From positions 1-34,328 of the forward strand of contig JBKJMA010000211.1 in assembly GCA_046596505.1 (NCBI GenBank): a DNA stretch of 34,328 nt, read 5' to 3'. Source of the DNA: Sphingomicrobium sp. GTDB taxonomy: Bacteria > Pseudomonadota > Alphaproteobacteria > Sphingomonadales > Sphingomonadaceae. Position numbers and translations under genes: made by a program. The notes beneath the pieces are model-generated. The model saw only the letters and a list, made by a program, of their open reading frames with translations. It was not told the DNA's origin and ran no database searches. Numbering within the stretch: position 1 is the stretch's first letter; the number at the start of each line of letters is the position of its first letter. Shown one piece after another: positions 7,671 to 16,457 of the stretch.

Positions 7671-8323
7671 GACGAATGGCCAACCGCACCGATTCCCCGC
7701 TACGATTTGCCTTCTGGTTCGGGCTCGCGTCCTTGTCCTTCGCCGCGCCCGCGCAAGCTCAGGTGATTGAGATCGGCGACGATGGCGCGGCGAGGACATT
7801 TGCCAAACCGACCCGCTTCATTGGCAACGATACCGCTGGCGATCTCGCGGCGACCGTCACCATCCGCCCCCCGGAAGTTGATCGCTTCGAGCGTGCCGCG
7901 AAGGCCGAGGGGCTCGACGTCCATCTGTTGCGCGCGGTAGCCTGGACCGAATCGCGCGGGCGCCAGAATGCCGTCAGTCCCAAGGGCGCGATGGGCGTGA
8001 TGCAGTTGATGCCGTCGACCGCTGCCGAAATGGGGATCAACCCGTACGACCCCGACGCCAACCTCCACGGCGGCGCGCGCTATCTCGCTCGGCAGCTGTC
8101 GCGTTTTCAGAGCGTACCCCTCGCGCTCGCCGCCTATAATGCGGGCCCGGGCGCGGTGCTTCGCTGGGGCGGGATTCCGCCCTATGCCGAGACGCAAGCC
8201 TATGTCGCGCAGATCATGTCACGGTATCAGGTCGCGCCCGCCCCGATCGTCCTCCGAAAAATTGCCGCAACGCCGATCGCCCGCCGGGTCGATCTCATGC
8301 TCATCGAGGTGCCGTCCCTGTGA
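7667..8323 (+). CDS. virB1: Lytic transglycosylase (SLT), VirB1-like
   Basis: Signal peptide AQA|QVI; SLT motifs WTESRG, SPKGAMGVMQLMP, N..GGARYL, ALAAYNAG, ETQAYV; sits directly before virB2. Confidence 0.85.
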   Translation: MRRMANRTDSPLRFAFWFGLASLSFAAPAQAQVIEIGDDGAARTFAKPTRFIGNDTAGDLAATVTIRPPEVDRFERAAKAEGLDVHLLRAVAWTESRGRQNAVSPKGAMGVMQLMPSTAAEMGINPYDPDANLHGGARYLARQLSRFQSVPLALAAYNAGPGAVLRWGGIPPYAETQAYVAQIMSRYQVAPAPIVLRKIAATPIARRVDLMLIEVPSL

Positions 8324-8619
8324 AGAAACTCATTCCCGCCGCCGTCCTGACGCTGTTCGCCGCGGCCCGTGCCGACGCACAATATGCCGCGCCTGACCCC
8401 GCCGGTTCAGGCCCGATCATCGGCGCGGTCGACTGGTTGCAAGGGACATTGCTCGGCAATGTCGCGACCGCCGTGGCGGTTATCGCGGTCGCCGCGGTCG
8501 GGTTCATGATGCTGACCGGAAGGATAAACTGGAAATATGGCGCAACCGTCGTCGTCGGGCTGTTCATCCTGTTCGGCGCGGCCTCCATTGTCGGCGGCAT
8601 TCGCTCGGTCGCCGGCTAG
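8320..8619 (+). CDS. virB2: T4SS major pilin, TrbC/VirB2 family
   Basis: 99 aa; signal peptide plus two hydrophobic helices (LLGNVATAVAVIAVAAVGFMMLTGR, VVVGLFILFGAASIV); GTGA overlap with virB1. Confidence 0.9.
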   Translation: MKKLIPAAVLTLFAAARADAQYAAPDPAGSGPIIGAVDWLQGTLLGNVATAVAVIAVAAVGFMMLTGRINWKYGATVVVGLFILFGAASIVGGIRSVAG

Positions 8620-8892
8620 ATGGCCGACCCGCTGTTCCGCGCATTGGCCCGGCCGCAGATGGTGGCGGGCGTGACCTACCCGTTCTTCGTCATGAACGGG
8701 ATCGTCGCGGCGGAGCTGTTCCTGATCTTCAAGTCCCCGCTCGCCCTGCTTCCCGCGCTAGTCATCCACGCGCTCGGTTATGCCGCGCACCTGCGTGACC
8801 CGCACGTCATGGCGCTATGGATGACCCGCCTCCGCCGCACCCCGCGCGTCGCCAATTACAAGTTACGGGGCGCCAATGTTTACTGCCCGTAA
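8620..8892 (+). CDS. virB3: T4SS VirB3
   Basis: DPLFRALARPQMVAGV motif, two TM segments, RDPH; located between virB2 and virB4. Confidence 0.9.
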   Translation: MADPLFRALARPQMVAGVTYPFFVMNGIVAAELFLIFKSPLALLPALVIHALGYAAHLRDPHVMALWMTRLRRTPRVANYKLRGANVYCP

Positions 8893-11239
8893 CCGCGCCG
8901 CCCGGAAGGAAGTCGCGGCCGGGGTTCACCTGCCCTACCTCGCGCAGGTTGACGACCACACCCTGCTGACCCGCAACGGCCAGTTGATGCAGGTTATCAA
9001 GCTCGACGGCTTGCCGTTCGAGACGATCGGCCGCGCCGACCTCGACTCGCGGCTCGCGGTGCGCGACGCGATGTTCCAGTCGATCGGCTCGTCGCGCTTC
9101 GCGATCGTCCACCATGTCGTGCGCCGTGCGGTCGAGCCGCGTTTCGAGGGCCAGTTCGGCGACCCTTTCAGCGCGAGCCTCGATCAAGCCTGGCGCGATC
9201 GACTCGCTACCCGCCGATTGTTCGTCAACGACCTCTACTTGACGCTGATCGTACGCCCGTTGCGCGGTCGCGCCGGGTGGGCGGAAAAATTGCTGGGGGC
9301 CGCGGGAAGCCGCTCGGACCAAGGCGAGCGCGGGGCCGATTTGCGGCTATTATCACAGGCGCGCGAGCAGCTGATGGCGGCGCTCGAGCCTTATGGCCCG
9401 ACCTTGCTGACGGCCTATGACCTCCCGAGTGGGCTCGCGTCGCAGCAACTGGAGTTTCTCGCGACGCTGTTCAACGGCACCGCCACGCCGATGCTGCTTC
9501 CGACCGGCGACCTCGGTCACGCCGTCCCGCGCCGCACGATCAGCTTCGGCGCCGACACGATCGAGCTCGGCCCGGTCGATGGCGAGCCCCCCGAATTCGC
9601 GGCGATCCTGTCGGCCAAGGATTATCCCAGCACGACCTCGGCGGGGATGCTCGACGACATTTATCGCCTGCCGTTCGCGATGCAGGTGACCCAGAGTTTC
9701 GCCTTCGTCGACCGCGGCCCGGCGCAGGAGCGGATGGACCTCGCACTCCGCCGGATGCGATCGGCCGACGATGCGGCAGTGTCGCTGCGCTCGGAACTCT
9801 CCGCTGCGAAGGACGATGTAGCCGCCGGCCGCGCCGGGTTCGGTGAGCATCATTTGTCGATCCAGATCAACGCCGACAGCCCCGCCAGCCTCGACCAGGC
9901 GACCGGCGAAGTGCAGGCCGCGCTCGCCGAAACCGGCTTCTCGGTCGTCCGGGAGGAACTCGGCCTGGAAGCCGCCTTCTGGGCGCAGTTCCCCGGCAAT
10001 TTCGACTATATCGCCCGCCGCGCACTCGTCTCGACCGCCAATTTCGCGGGCTTTGCCAGCGCGCATAATTTCCCCGTGGGACGCCCCGACGGCAATCATT
10101 GGGGCGACGCCGTCACCCTGTTCGAAACCACCGCCGCCGGACCCTATTTCTTCAACTTTCACCGCGGCGATCTCGGCAATTTCACGGTCATCGGCCCGTC
10201 GGGATCGGGCAAGACCGTGGTCCTCGCCTTCCTTCTGGCGCAGGCGCGGCGGTTCGACCCGCGCATCGTGTTCTTCGACAAGGATCGCGGCGCCGAGATC
10301 TTCCTTCGCGCGATCGGCGGCACGTATGAGGCGCTGCGCCCCGGCGAGCCGACGCGGATGAACCCGCTCGCGCTGCCCGATACCCCGGTTAACCGCCGCT
10401 TTCTCGCCGAATGGCTCGCCCGGCTTGCCGTCGGCGAGGGCCAGCCGCTCAATGTCGAGGAGAGTGCCTGGATCGTCGAGGCGATCGACACCGCCATGGC
10501 GGGCCCGCGCGAACTGCGCCGGTTGCGTCATGTCGCCGAATTGTTTCGCGGGCGAGGGCGCGCCTCGGCAGGCGATCTCGCCGCGCGGCTCGCGCCGTGG
10601 CATTCGGCGGGCGAGTTCGCCTGGTTGTTCGACAATGAGGAGGACCGGCTCGACCTGGCGACTCCGACGCTCGGGTTCGACATGACCGCGGTCCTCGACC
10701 AGCCCGCGCTGCGCGCGCCGACGATGTTGTACCTCTTCCACCGCGTGGAGGAGCGGCTCGACGGCAAGCCGACGATCATCGTCGTCGACGAAGGCTGGAA
10801 GGCGCTCGACGACGAGGTGTTCGTGGCGCGCATTCGCGACTGGGAGAAGACCATCCGCAAGCGCGGCGGGATCGTCGGTTTCGCCACCCAATCCGCCTCC
10901 GATGCGCTGCAGAGCCGGATCGCCAGCGCGATCATCGAGCAGGCGGGGACACAGGTCTTCATGGCCAATTCGAGCGCGCAAGCGTCCGACTATATCGACG
11001 GCTTCGGGTTGACCGAGACGGAATATGATATCGTCCGCTCGATGCCCGAAACCGCGCGCGCCTTCCTCGTCAAGCATGGCACCGACAGCGTCGTGGTGCG
11101 GCTCAACCTCGGTTCTGAACCGCAGCTGCTGACAGTGCTGTCGGGTCGCGAGACGACGGTGCGCCTGCTCGACAAGCTTCGCGCCGAGGTCGGCGATGAT
11201 CCCGCCGACTGGCTGCCCAGACTGGTTGCGGCGGCATGA
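8876..11239 (+). CDS. virB4: T4SS ATPase VirB4
   Basis: 787 aa; HLPY, AAFWAQFPGN, PYFFNFH, Walker A GPSGSGKT, FFDKDRG, Walker B IIVVDEGW, KTIRKRGG, FATQS. Confidence 0.97.
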   Translation: MFTARNRAARKEVAAGVHLPYLAQVDDHTLLTRNGQLMQVIKLDGLPFETIGRADLDSRLAVRDAMFQSIGSSRFAIVHHVVRRAVEPRFEGQFGDPFSASLDQAWRDRLATRRLFVNDLYLTLIVRPLRGRAGWAEKLLGAAGSRSDQGERGADLRLLSQAREQLMAALEPYGPTLLTAYDLPSGLASQQLEFLATLFNGTATPMLLPTGDLGHAVPRRTISFGADTIELGPVDGEPPEFAAILSAKDYPSTTSAGMLDDIYRLPFAMQVTQSFAFVDRGPAQERMDLALRRMRSADDAAVSLRSELSAAKDDVAAGRAGFGEHHLSIQINADSPASLDQATGEVQAALAETGFSVVREELGLEAAFWAQFPGNFDYIARRALVSTANFAGFASAHNFPVGRPDGNHWGDAVTLFETTAAGPYFFNFHRGDLGNFTVIGPSGSGKTVVLAFLLAQARRFDPRIVFFDKDRGAEIFLRAIGGTYEALRPGEPTRMNPLALPDTPVNRRFLAEWLARLAVGEGQPLNVEESAWIVEAIDTAMAGPRELRRLRHVAELFRGRGRASAGDLAARLAPWHSAGEFAWLFDNEEDRLDLATPTLGFDMTAVLDQPALRAPTMLYLFHRVEERLDGKPTIIVVDEGWKALDDEVFVARIRDWEKTIRKRGGIVGFATQSASDALQSRIASAIIEQAGTQVFMANSSAQASDYIDGFGLTETEYDIVRSMPETARAFLVKHGTDSVVVRLNLGSEPQLLTVLSGRETTVRLLDKLRAEVGDDPADWLPRLVAAA

Positions 11240-12429
11240 ACCCCGACCTGTGTGCCCCCGCCGGAGCTCCCGGCCTCGTCGCCGACCTGCTCGCCAATAC
11301 CGACTGCCAGGCGTCGAGCCTCGTCGAGCGCGGCTATTCCGCGCTGTCTACCCCGGGCGCCGCAACCGCGGCTGTGCTGACCTCGCTAATGGTCATTGCC
11401 GTCGCACTTTACGGATACCGGCTGCTACTCGGCAAAGGCCTCGCGCTTAGCGATGTCACCGGTCTCGCCATCCGCCTCGGGGTCGTCCTCCTCCTCGCCG
11501 CCTCATGGTCGTCGTTCCAGGCACTTGCGTATGACGCCTTCGCCCGTGCCCCGTCGCGCATTGCGAGCGAGCTGGTGGTCGCAATCGATTCGCCCGCCCC
11601 GCTCGACGGAGTGCAATCGGCGCTAGACCGGATCGAGCAGGGCAGTGTTGGCTGGCGGACGCGCGCAGGGATCGCCTCGCCGCTGGTCGGCGGCGCTCCG
11701 ACTGCGGCGATGGCGCTCAACGTCTCTTCCTTCCTGCTGACCCTATCGACCGTGGGGCTTCTGGTCGTCTCGCGGATCTTGCTCGCCCTGCTGTTGGCGA
11801 TCACGCCGGTAATGGCGGGTTTCCTGCTGTTCGACGCGACGCGCGGGTTGCTCGAGGGGTGGCTCCGGACGCTCACCGGCGCGGCGCTCGTCCCGCTGTT
11901 CGTTCTGATCCTGTGCGCGATTGAACTCGCGATCCTCTCACCGCTGCTCGACCGAATGCTCGCCGATCAGGCTAGCGGCCGGTTCGAGCTAGACACCGTC
12001 ACCCCGGTCGCGCTGGTCGTGATCGTGTTCAGCATCGCAATCGTTGCTTCTGCCCGCGCCGCAACCACCATCGCGCGCGGCATTCGGCTCCCGCGCAAGG
12101 GCTTCAGCGGCAGCGCTGCGGTTGCCAATGCGGCTCCCTCCGCGATCGCCGCTGAGCGTCCCCTGTTGCTATCCGGCCCCCGCTCGGCCGCCGTAACCCC
12201 TGTGGCGCGCGCGCTCGAAAGCGCGGCACGACGCGACGCCGAAGAAAGCACCCAGCGTACGGTCGCGGCGGCCTCCCGCGGCTCGCGTGAGATCCACAGC
12301 AGCAGCACCACCATTGCGGGCGCCACAAGCGCGTCGAATCCGTCCGAAGCGGGCTCGCGACCTTATCTACCACCACCGCGTACCCGTCTTCCGCGCGCTT
12401 CTCGCGCCGCAGCCCGCAGGGATATATGA
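11236..12429 (+). CDS. virB6: T4SS inner-membrane protein VirB6/TrbL
   Basis: Polytopic; LLALLLAITPVMAGFLLFDATRGLLEGW motif typical of VirB6; ATGA overlaps at both ends. Confidence 0.9.
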   Translation: MNPDLCAPAGAPGLVADLLANTDCQASSLVERGYSALSTPGAATAAVLTSLMVIAVALYGYRLLLGKGLALSDVTGLAIRLGVVLLLAASWSSFQALAYDAFARAPSRIASELVVAIDSPAPLDGVQSALDRIEQGSVGWRTRAGIASPLVGGAPTAAMALNVSSFLLTLSTVGLLVVSRILLALLLAITPVMAGFLLFDATRGLLEGWLRTLTGAALVPLFVLILCAIELAILSPLLDRMLADQASGRFELDTVTPVALVVIVFSIAIVASARAATTIARGIRLPRKGFSGSAAVANAAPSAIAAERPLLLSGPRSAAVTPVARALESAARRDAEESTQRTVAAASRGSREIHSSSTTIAGATSASNPSEAGSRPYLPPPRTRLPRASRAAARRDI

Positions 12430-13097
12430 CCGAACACGATAAATATTACGCCGCAGCGCAAGGCTGGGCCGACGAGCGCGTCGAGTCCGAGCGCAAGGCG
12501 CGCAAACTCGCCTGGACTGTAGCCGGGGTTGCCGGGGCAATCGCATTGGTGCTCGCCCTCGCGCTGGCGATGCTGGTCCCGCTGAAGACCGTCCAGCCCT
12601 ATGTCCTCACGGTCGACAAGCAGACTGGCGCGGTCGAGGTCGCGACCACCGTCGCCAACGGCCGGCTGACCCAGAACGAAGCGGTCATCCAGGCGCAGCT
12701 CGCCAACTATGTCCGCGTTCGTGAAACCTTCGACGCGAGCGACCTCGCCGCCAATTATCGCCGGGTCCAGCTGTTGTCCGGCCCCGACGTGCGCACCGCC
12801 TACATCGCCTCGATGGCCGCGGCCAACCCGGCCAGCCCGCTCCACACCCTGTCGCCCGGGGACACGCTCGCGGTGCGGATCAAGAGCGTGTCGCTGACCG
12901 CGGCGGGAACGGCGCTGGTCCGCTATGACCTCGACCGTACTGTTGCGGGTGGACGCGGGGTCAGCTCGACACCCTATGTCAGCGCCATCACCTACGGCTT
13001 CAGCGACAAGCCGCTGCGGGCAGCCGACCGGTTCGAGAATCCACTCGGGTTCGAGGTCACTCGCTATCGCCGCGATGCCGAAGGGATGACCCAGTGA
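12426..13097 (+). CDS. virB8: T4SS VirB8
   Basis: One TM segment, then PLKTVQPYVLTVDKQTG, YVRVRE, and RFENPLGFEVTRYR at the C-terminus. Confidence 0.95.
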   Translation: MTEHDKYYAAAQGWADERVESERKARKLAWTVAGVAGAIALVLALALAMLVPLKTVQPYVLTVDKQTGAVEVATTVANGRLTQNEAVIQAQLANYVRVRETFDASDLAANYRRVQLLSGPDVRTAYIASMAAANPASPLHTLSPGDTLAVRIKSVSLTAAGTALVRYDLDRTVAGGRGVSSTPYVSAITYGFSDKPLRAADRFENPLGFEVTRYRRDAEGMTQ

Positions 13098-13786
13098 AGC
13101 GTATCCTGCTGCTTGCCCTGAGCCTATTCGCGCTCACCGCCGAAACCCTACCCCGCCCCGGTCCGGTCGATCCGCACATCCAGCGCGTGCAGTTCGATCC
13201 CGAGCAGGTCGTCGCGCTGCACGGCGCGCTCGGCTGGCAGGTCATGATCGAATTCGGCGGTGACGAGCGGATCGAGAATGTCTCGATTGGCGACAGCCTG
13301 GCGTGGCAGGTGACCCCGAACAAGCGAGCCCGGATGCTGTTCCTCAAGCCCCTGCTGCGCAATGGCGCGACCAATATGACCGTCGTTACCAGCCTGCGAC
13401 GTTATGCCTTTTCGCTGTCGACCGGACCGCGCGAACGACGCACGCCATGGGTGCTGCACTTCGACTATCCCCCGCCGCCGATTGTCGAAACCCTCCCCGA
13501 GCCCCCACCCCCGCCGCCGGTCAAGCTCGACTTCAGCTACTCCCGCTTGGGTGACCCTGCAGTCATGCCGGCCCGGGTATGGAACGATGGCCGCCAGACC
13601 TATTTCGAGTTCGCCGAGGATACGCCTTTCCCCGCGATCTTCGCCTGGGGCCCGGGCAAGAACGACGAATCACTGGTGAATGTCGCAACCCGCGGCCGAA
13701 TTCAGGTCGTCCAGCAGATGGGCCAGCGCTTCATCCTCCGCTCCGGCACCCACTTCGCGACCGTCACAAGGACATATCAGCGATGA
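13094..13786 (+). CDS. virB9: T4SS core-complex VirB9/TrbG
   Basis: Signal peptide; DPHIQRVQF, IGDSLAWQV, LFLKP, TNMTVVT..RRY, VWNDGRQTYFEF, PAIF, LVN, FILRSG. Confidence 0.93.
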   Translation: MKRILLLALSLFALTAETLPRPGPVDPHIQRVQFDPEQVVALHGALGWQVMIEFGGDERIENVSIGDSLAWQVTPNKRARMLFLKPLLRNGATNMTVVTSLRRYAFSLSTGPRERRTPWVLHFDYPPPPIVETLPEPPPPPPVKLDFSYSRLGDPAVMPARVWNDGRQTYFEFAEDTPFPAIFAWGPGKNDESLVNVATRGRIQVVQQMGQRFILRSGTHFATVTRTYQR

Positions 13787-15015
13787 CCGAGCTTCCCCCT
13801 GTCAAGATTCCCCGCGTCGCGCGCAAGGCATCGCGAACTAAAATCGCGCCCTTCGCACTCGGGCTTGGTGTGATTGGGACAGCGGTGTTCGCCAGCCTCG
13901 CCAGTCACCGCGCCGCGCGCGAGGAGCAGGCCACGGCCCTGCCCCCGCTGCGCACGACCACGATCACCGCGCCCGCGCCTCCCCCGCCAGCGATCCTTGC
14001 TACCCCGACGACCATCGTCCCGATCCCGATCCCGACGACGCAACCGATTCCGGTCATCGCCGTGCCGATGCAGTCTCAGCGAACTTACGGTCTCATCCCA
14101 GTGGTTCGCGCTCCACGCTCCGACAATGGTGCCGCTGATCGCGCGCGCGCGCGGATCGCGGCCCCAGCACTGATTGTCGATCTGCCGCCCGCTCGGACCG
14201 GCGGCGATGGTCCTCGCTTGGGCCAGACATCGTTCAACGAAAGCGCGATGCCCCTTGCGGCGACATTGTTTCAAACCGCGTCGCTTCAGGACCCGACGGG
14301 TGCCGCGATCGTCGCGGCCGGCCCACCTGCCATCCCCGAAACGATCGTGCCCATCGCGTCGATCGATCCCGTCGCGCGCGATCTTAATTCGAACGAGCGT
14401 TTTTCCAGCCGAGCTGGCAACAAGGAGACGGAGGTCGCGCGGGCCCAGCGCCTACCCAACCAGGATTTGCTCGTTGTCCAGGGCACGATCATCGGCGCGG
14501 TGATGGAGACCGCCCTCAACTCGGACCTGCCCGGTTTTGCGCGCGCCATCGTCACCCGCGACGTCCTGTCGTTCGACGGCAGCCAGGTGCTGATCCCCGC
14601 CGGAAGCCACGTCATCGGCGAATATAATTCGGGCGTGGCGCAAGGCGCGAGCCGGATCTTCATCGTCTGGAACCGACTCATCCGGCCCGATGGCGTCTCG
14701 GTTTCGCTCGCCTCACCAGCGGTCGATGACCTTGGTCGCGGCGGACTAGGCGGCAAGGTCAACCGCCATTTCCTCCAGCGGTTCGGCGGCGCGATCCTGC
14801 TGTCAGTGCTGACCGGGGGCCTCAACGCTTTCACCCAGTCTCAGACGCGCGGGTCGACCGTGATCGTCAGCAGCTCGAACGAAGCGACGTCGCTTGCCGG
14901 CCAAGCATCGAAGGGCAGCGACATCGCTCCGACCATCAAGACCCGGCAGGGTGCAACAGTGCGCATCTTCGTTGCGCGCGACCTCGATTTCTCCGCCGTC
15001 GGTCCGACCATTTGA
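13783..15015 (+). CDS. virB10: T4SS core-complex VirB10/TrbI
   Basis: ATG 13783 (ATGA overlap with virB9); TM segment, Pro-rich linker, QGTIIGAVMETALNSDLPG, VLIPAGS..IGEY, RIFIVWNRL, DDLGRGG, RFGGAILLS, IFVARDLDFS. Confidence 0.95.
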   Translation: MTELPPVKIPRVARKASRTKIAPFALGLGVIGTAVFASLASHRAAREEQATALPPLRTTTITAPAPPPPAILATPTTIVPIPIPTTQPIPVIAVPMQSQRTYGLIPVVRAPRSDNGAADRARARIAAPALIVDLPPARTGGDGPRLGQTSFNESAMPLAATLFQTASLQDPTGAAIVAAGPPAIPETIVPIASIDPVARDLNSNERFSSRAGNKETEVARAQRLPNQDLLVVQGTIIGAVMETALNSDLPGFARAIVTRDVLSFDGSQVLIPAGSHVIGEYNSGVAQGASRIFIVWNRLIRPDGVSVSLASPAVDDLGRGGLGGKVNRHFLQRFGGAILLSVLTGGLNAFTQSQTRGSTVIVSSSNEATSLAGQASKGSDIAPTIKTRQGATVRIFVARDLDFSAVGPTI

Positions 15016-15022
15016 CCCCGTT

Positions 15023-16006
15023 ATGAACAGCCAGCCGCTCCTGTTCCTCGATGCCTTCCTTGCGCCGCTGGCCGCGTCGCTGGCACGCGACGATGTCACC
15101 GATGTCTACATCAACCGCCCCGGCGAGCTGTGGCTCGAAACTTCCCACGGGATCGAACGCCACGAGGATCCGCGGCTCGACGACGACGCGCTGTGGCGCC
15201 TGTCGCGCCAGATCGCCGCTGCCACCGACCAGGGCATCAGCCGCGAGCATCCGCTTCTCGCTGCCACCCTGCCGAGCGGCGCGCGGGTCCAGGTCTGTGC
15301 GCCCCCAGCGACCCGTGGCCACGTCTGCGTCGCGGTGCGCAAGCATGTCGTCCCCGACCTGACCCTCGACGACTATCTTACTGCCGGCGCCTTCGACCGG
15401 GTCGGTGAAGCGGCGCTGTCACAGGCCGCGACCGACCTCGCGTTGAAAGCCCAGCTCGCGTCGGGCGACGTGCGCGGCTTCCTCGCCGCAGCGGTTCGTG
15501 CACGCAAGTCGATCCTCATTTCGGGAGGCACCGCAACCGGCAAGACTACGCTGCTCAATGCGCTACTCAAGGAAGCGCCGGCAGACGAGAGGATCGTGCT
15601 GATTGAAGACACCCCCGAAATTCAGCTGACCCACGCCAACGCGGTCGGGCTGGTCGCGGTACGCGGGCGGCTTGGCGAAGCGTCGGTCAGCGCCGCCGAC
15701 CTGCTCGAGGCGGCGCTTCGGCTTCGCCCCGACCGGATCATCATGGGCGAAATCCGCGGCGTGGAGGCCCTGAGTTTCCTGCGCGCGGTCAACACCGGTC
15801 ACCCGGGATCGATCACCACCATCCATGCCAGTTCGCCCGACGGCGCGCTTGAGCAGCTCGCATTGATCGCGGCGCAGGCCGGGACCGACCTCGGCCGCGA
15901 GGAACTGAAAGCCTACATGCGCTCGGTGCTCGACATCATCATCCAGCTCGGCCGGTCGGACGGCCAGCGGCTGGTCAGCGATATTGTCTTTCTGGCTAAG
16001 GAGTAG
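15023..16006 (+). CDS. virB11: T4SS P-type ATPase VirB11
   Basis: DVYINRPG, Walker A GGTATGKTT, IEDTPE, LRLRPDRIIMGEIRG, NTGHPGSITTIHA. Confidence 0.96.
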   Translation: MNSQPLLFLDAFLAPLAASLARDDVTDVYINRPGELWLETSHGIERHEDPRLDDDALWRLSRQIAAATDQGISREHPLLAATLPSGARVQVCAPPATRGHVCVAVRKHVVPDLTLDDYLTAGAFDRVGEAALSQAATDLALKAQLASGDVRGFLAAAVRARKSILISGGTATGKTTLLNALLKEAPADERIVLIEDTPEIQLTHANAVGLVAVRGRLGEASVSAADLLEAALRLRPDRIIMGEIRGVEALSFLRAVNTGHPGSITTIHASSPDGALEQLALIAAQAGTDLGREELKAYMRSVLDIIIQLGRSDGQRLVSDIVFLAKE

Positions 16007-16454
16007 CAACCGAGCGCAGCGCCATGCGAAAGCGAAGCGTGCTATTGGCCGGGATCGGACCCGCCGCCTGCGCGCCATAGCCAAGCGCCGGCGGTATCCA
16101 CACGACCCACTCGTCGCCCGGTCGCATTAGCTTGAGCGCCTCGTTGAAACCAGGGACGAACTGGCCGACCGCGCCACTGATTGGCTTACCGCGTGCAAAG
16201 CTGCTGTCGAACACGGTGCCGTCCAGCAACTTGCCTTCATAATCGAACGTTACCGTCTCGCCCTCGACCGGTACCCGCCCCGTTTTCGGACCCTTGCGCA
16301 CGACATGATAAGCGAGCCCGCTCGGCGTCGTGACGTGGCGCACCGCAGCGAGCGCAAGCGGTGTGCGATCCACATTCGGCCCTGCCCGCTCGGTCATACA
16401 ACCACCGAGCGACAGGGCCAGCGATACGCTTGCGACGATCAGTCCGAACCGCAT
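15996..16454 (-). CDS. FKBP-type peptidyl-prolyl cis-trans isomerase, lipoprotein
   Basis: Lipobox LGGC; TTPSGLAY, YEGKLLDGTVFDSS, VPGFNEALKLM, IPPALGYG, IPANSTLRF. Confidence 0.92.
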   Translation of the reverse strand: MRFGLIVASVSLALSLGGCMTERAGPNVDRTPLALAAVRHVTTPSGLAYHVVRKGPKTGRVPVEGETVTFDYEGKLLDGTVFDSSFARGKPISGAVGQFVPGFNEALKLMRPGDEWVVWIPPALGYGAQAAGPIPANSTLRFRMALRSVATP

Positions 16455-16457
16455 GAA

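Noticed and set aside
9353-11077. 574-aa minus-strand ORF
   Set aside because: Antisense shadow of virB4 in high-GC DNA; no motifs.
7667-16006. Integrative conjugative element or plasmid tra region
   Set aside because: No relaxase, coupling protein, VirB5, integrase, rep/par genes or att repeats in the window; flanks are chromosomal-type genes.
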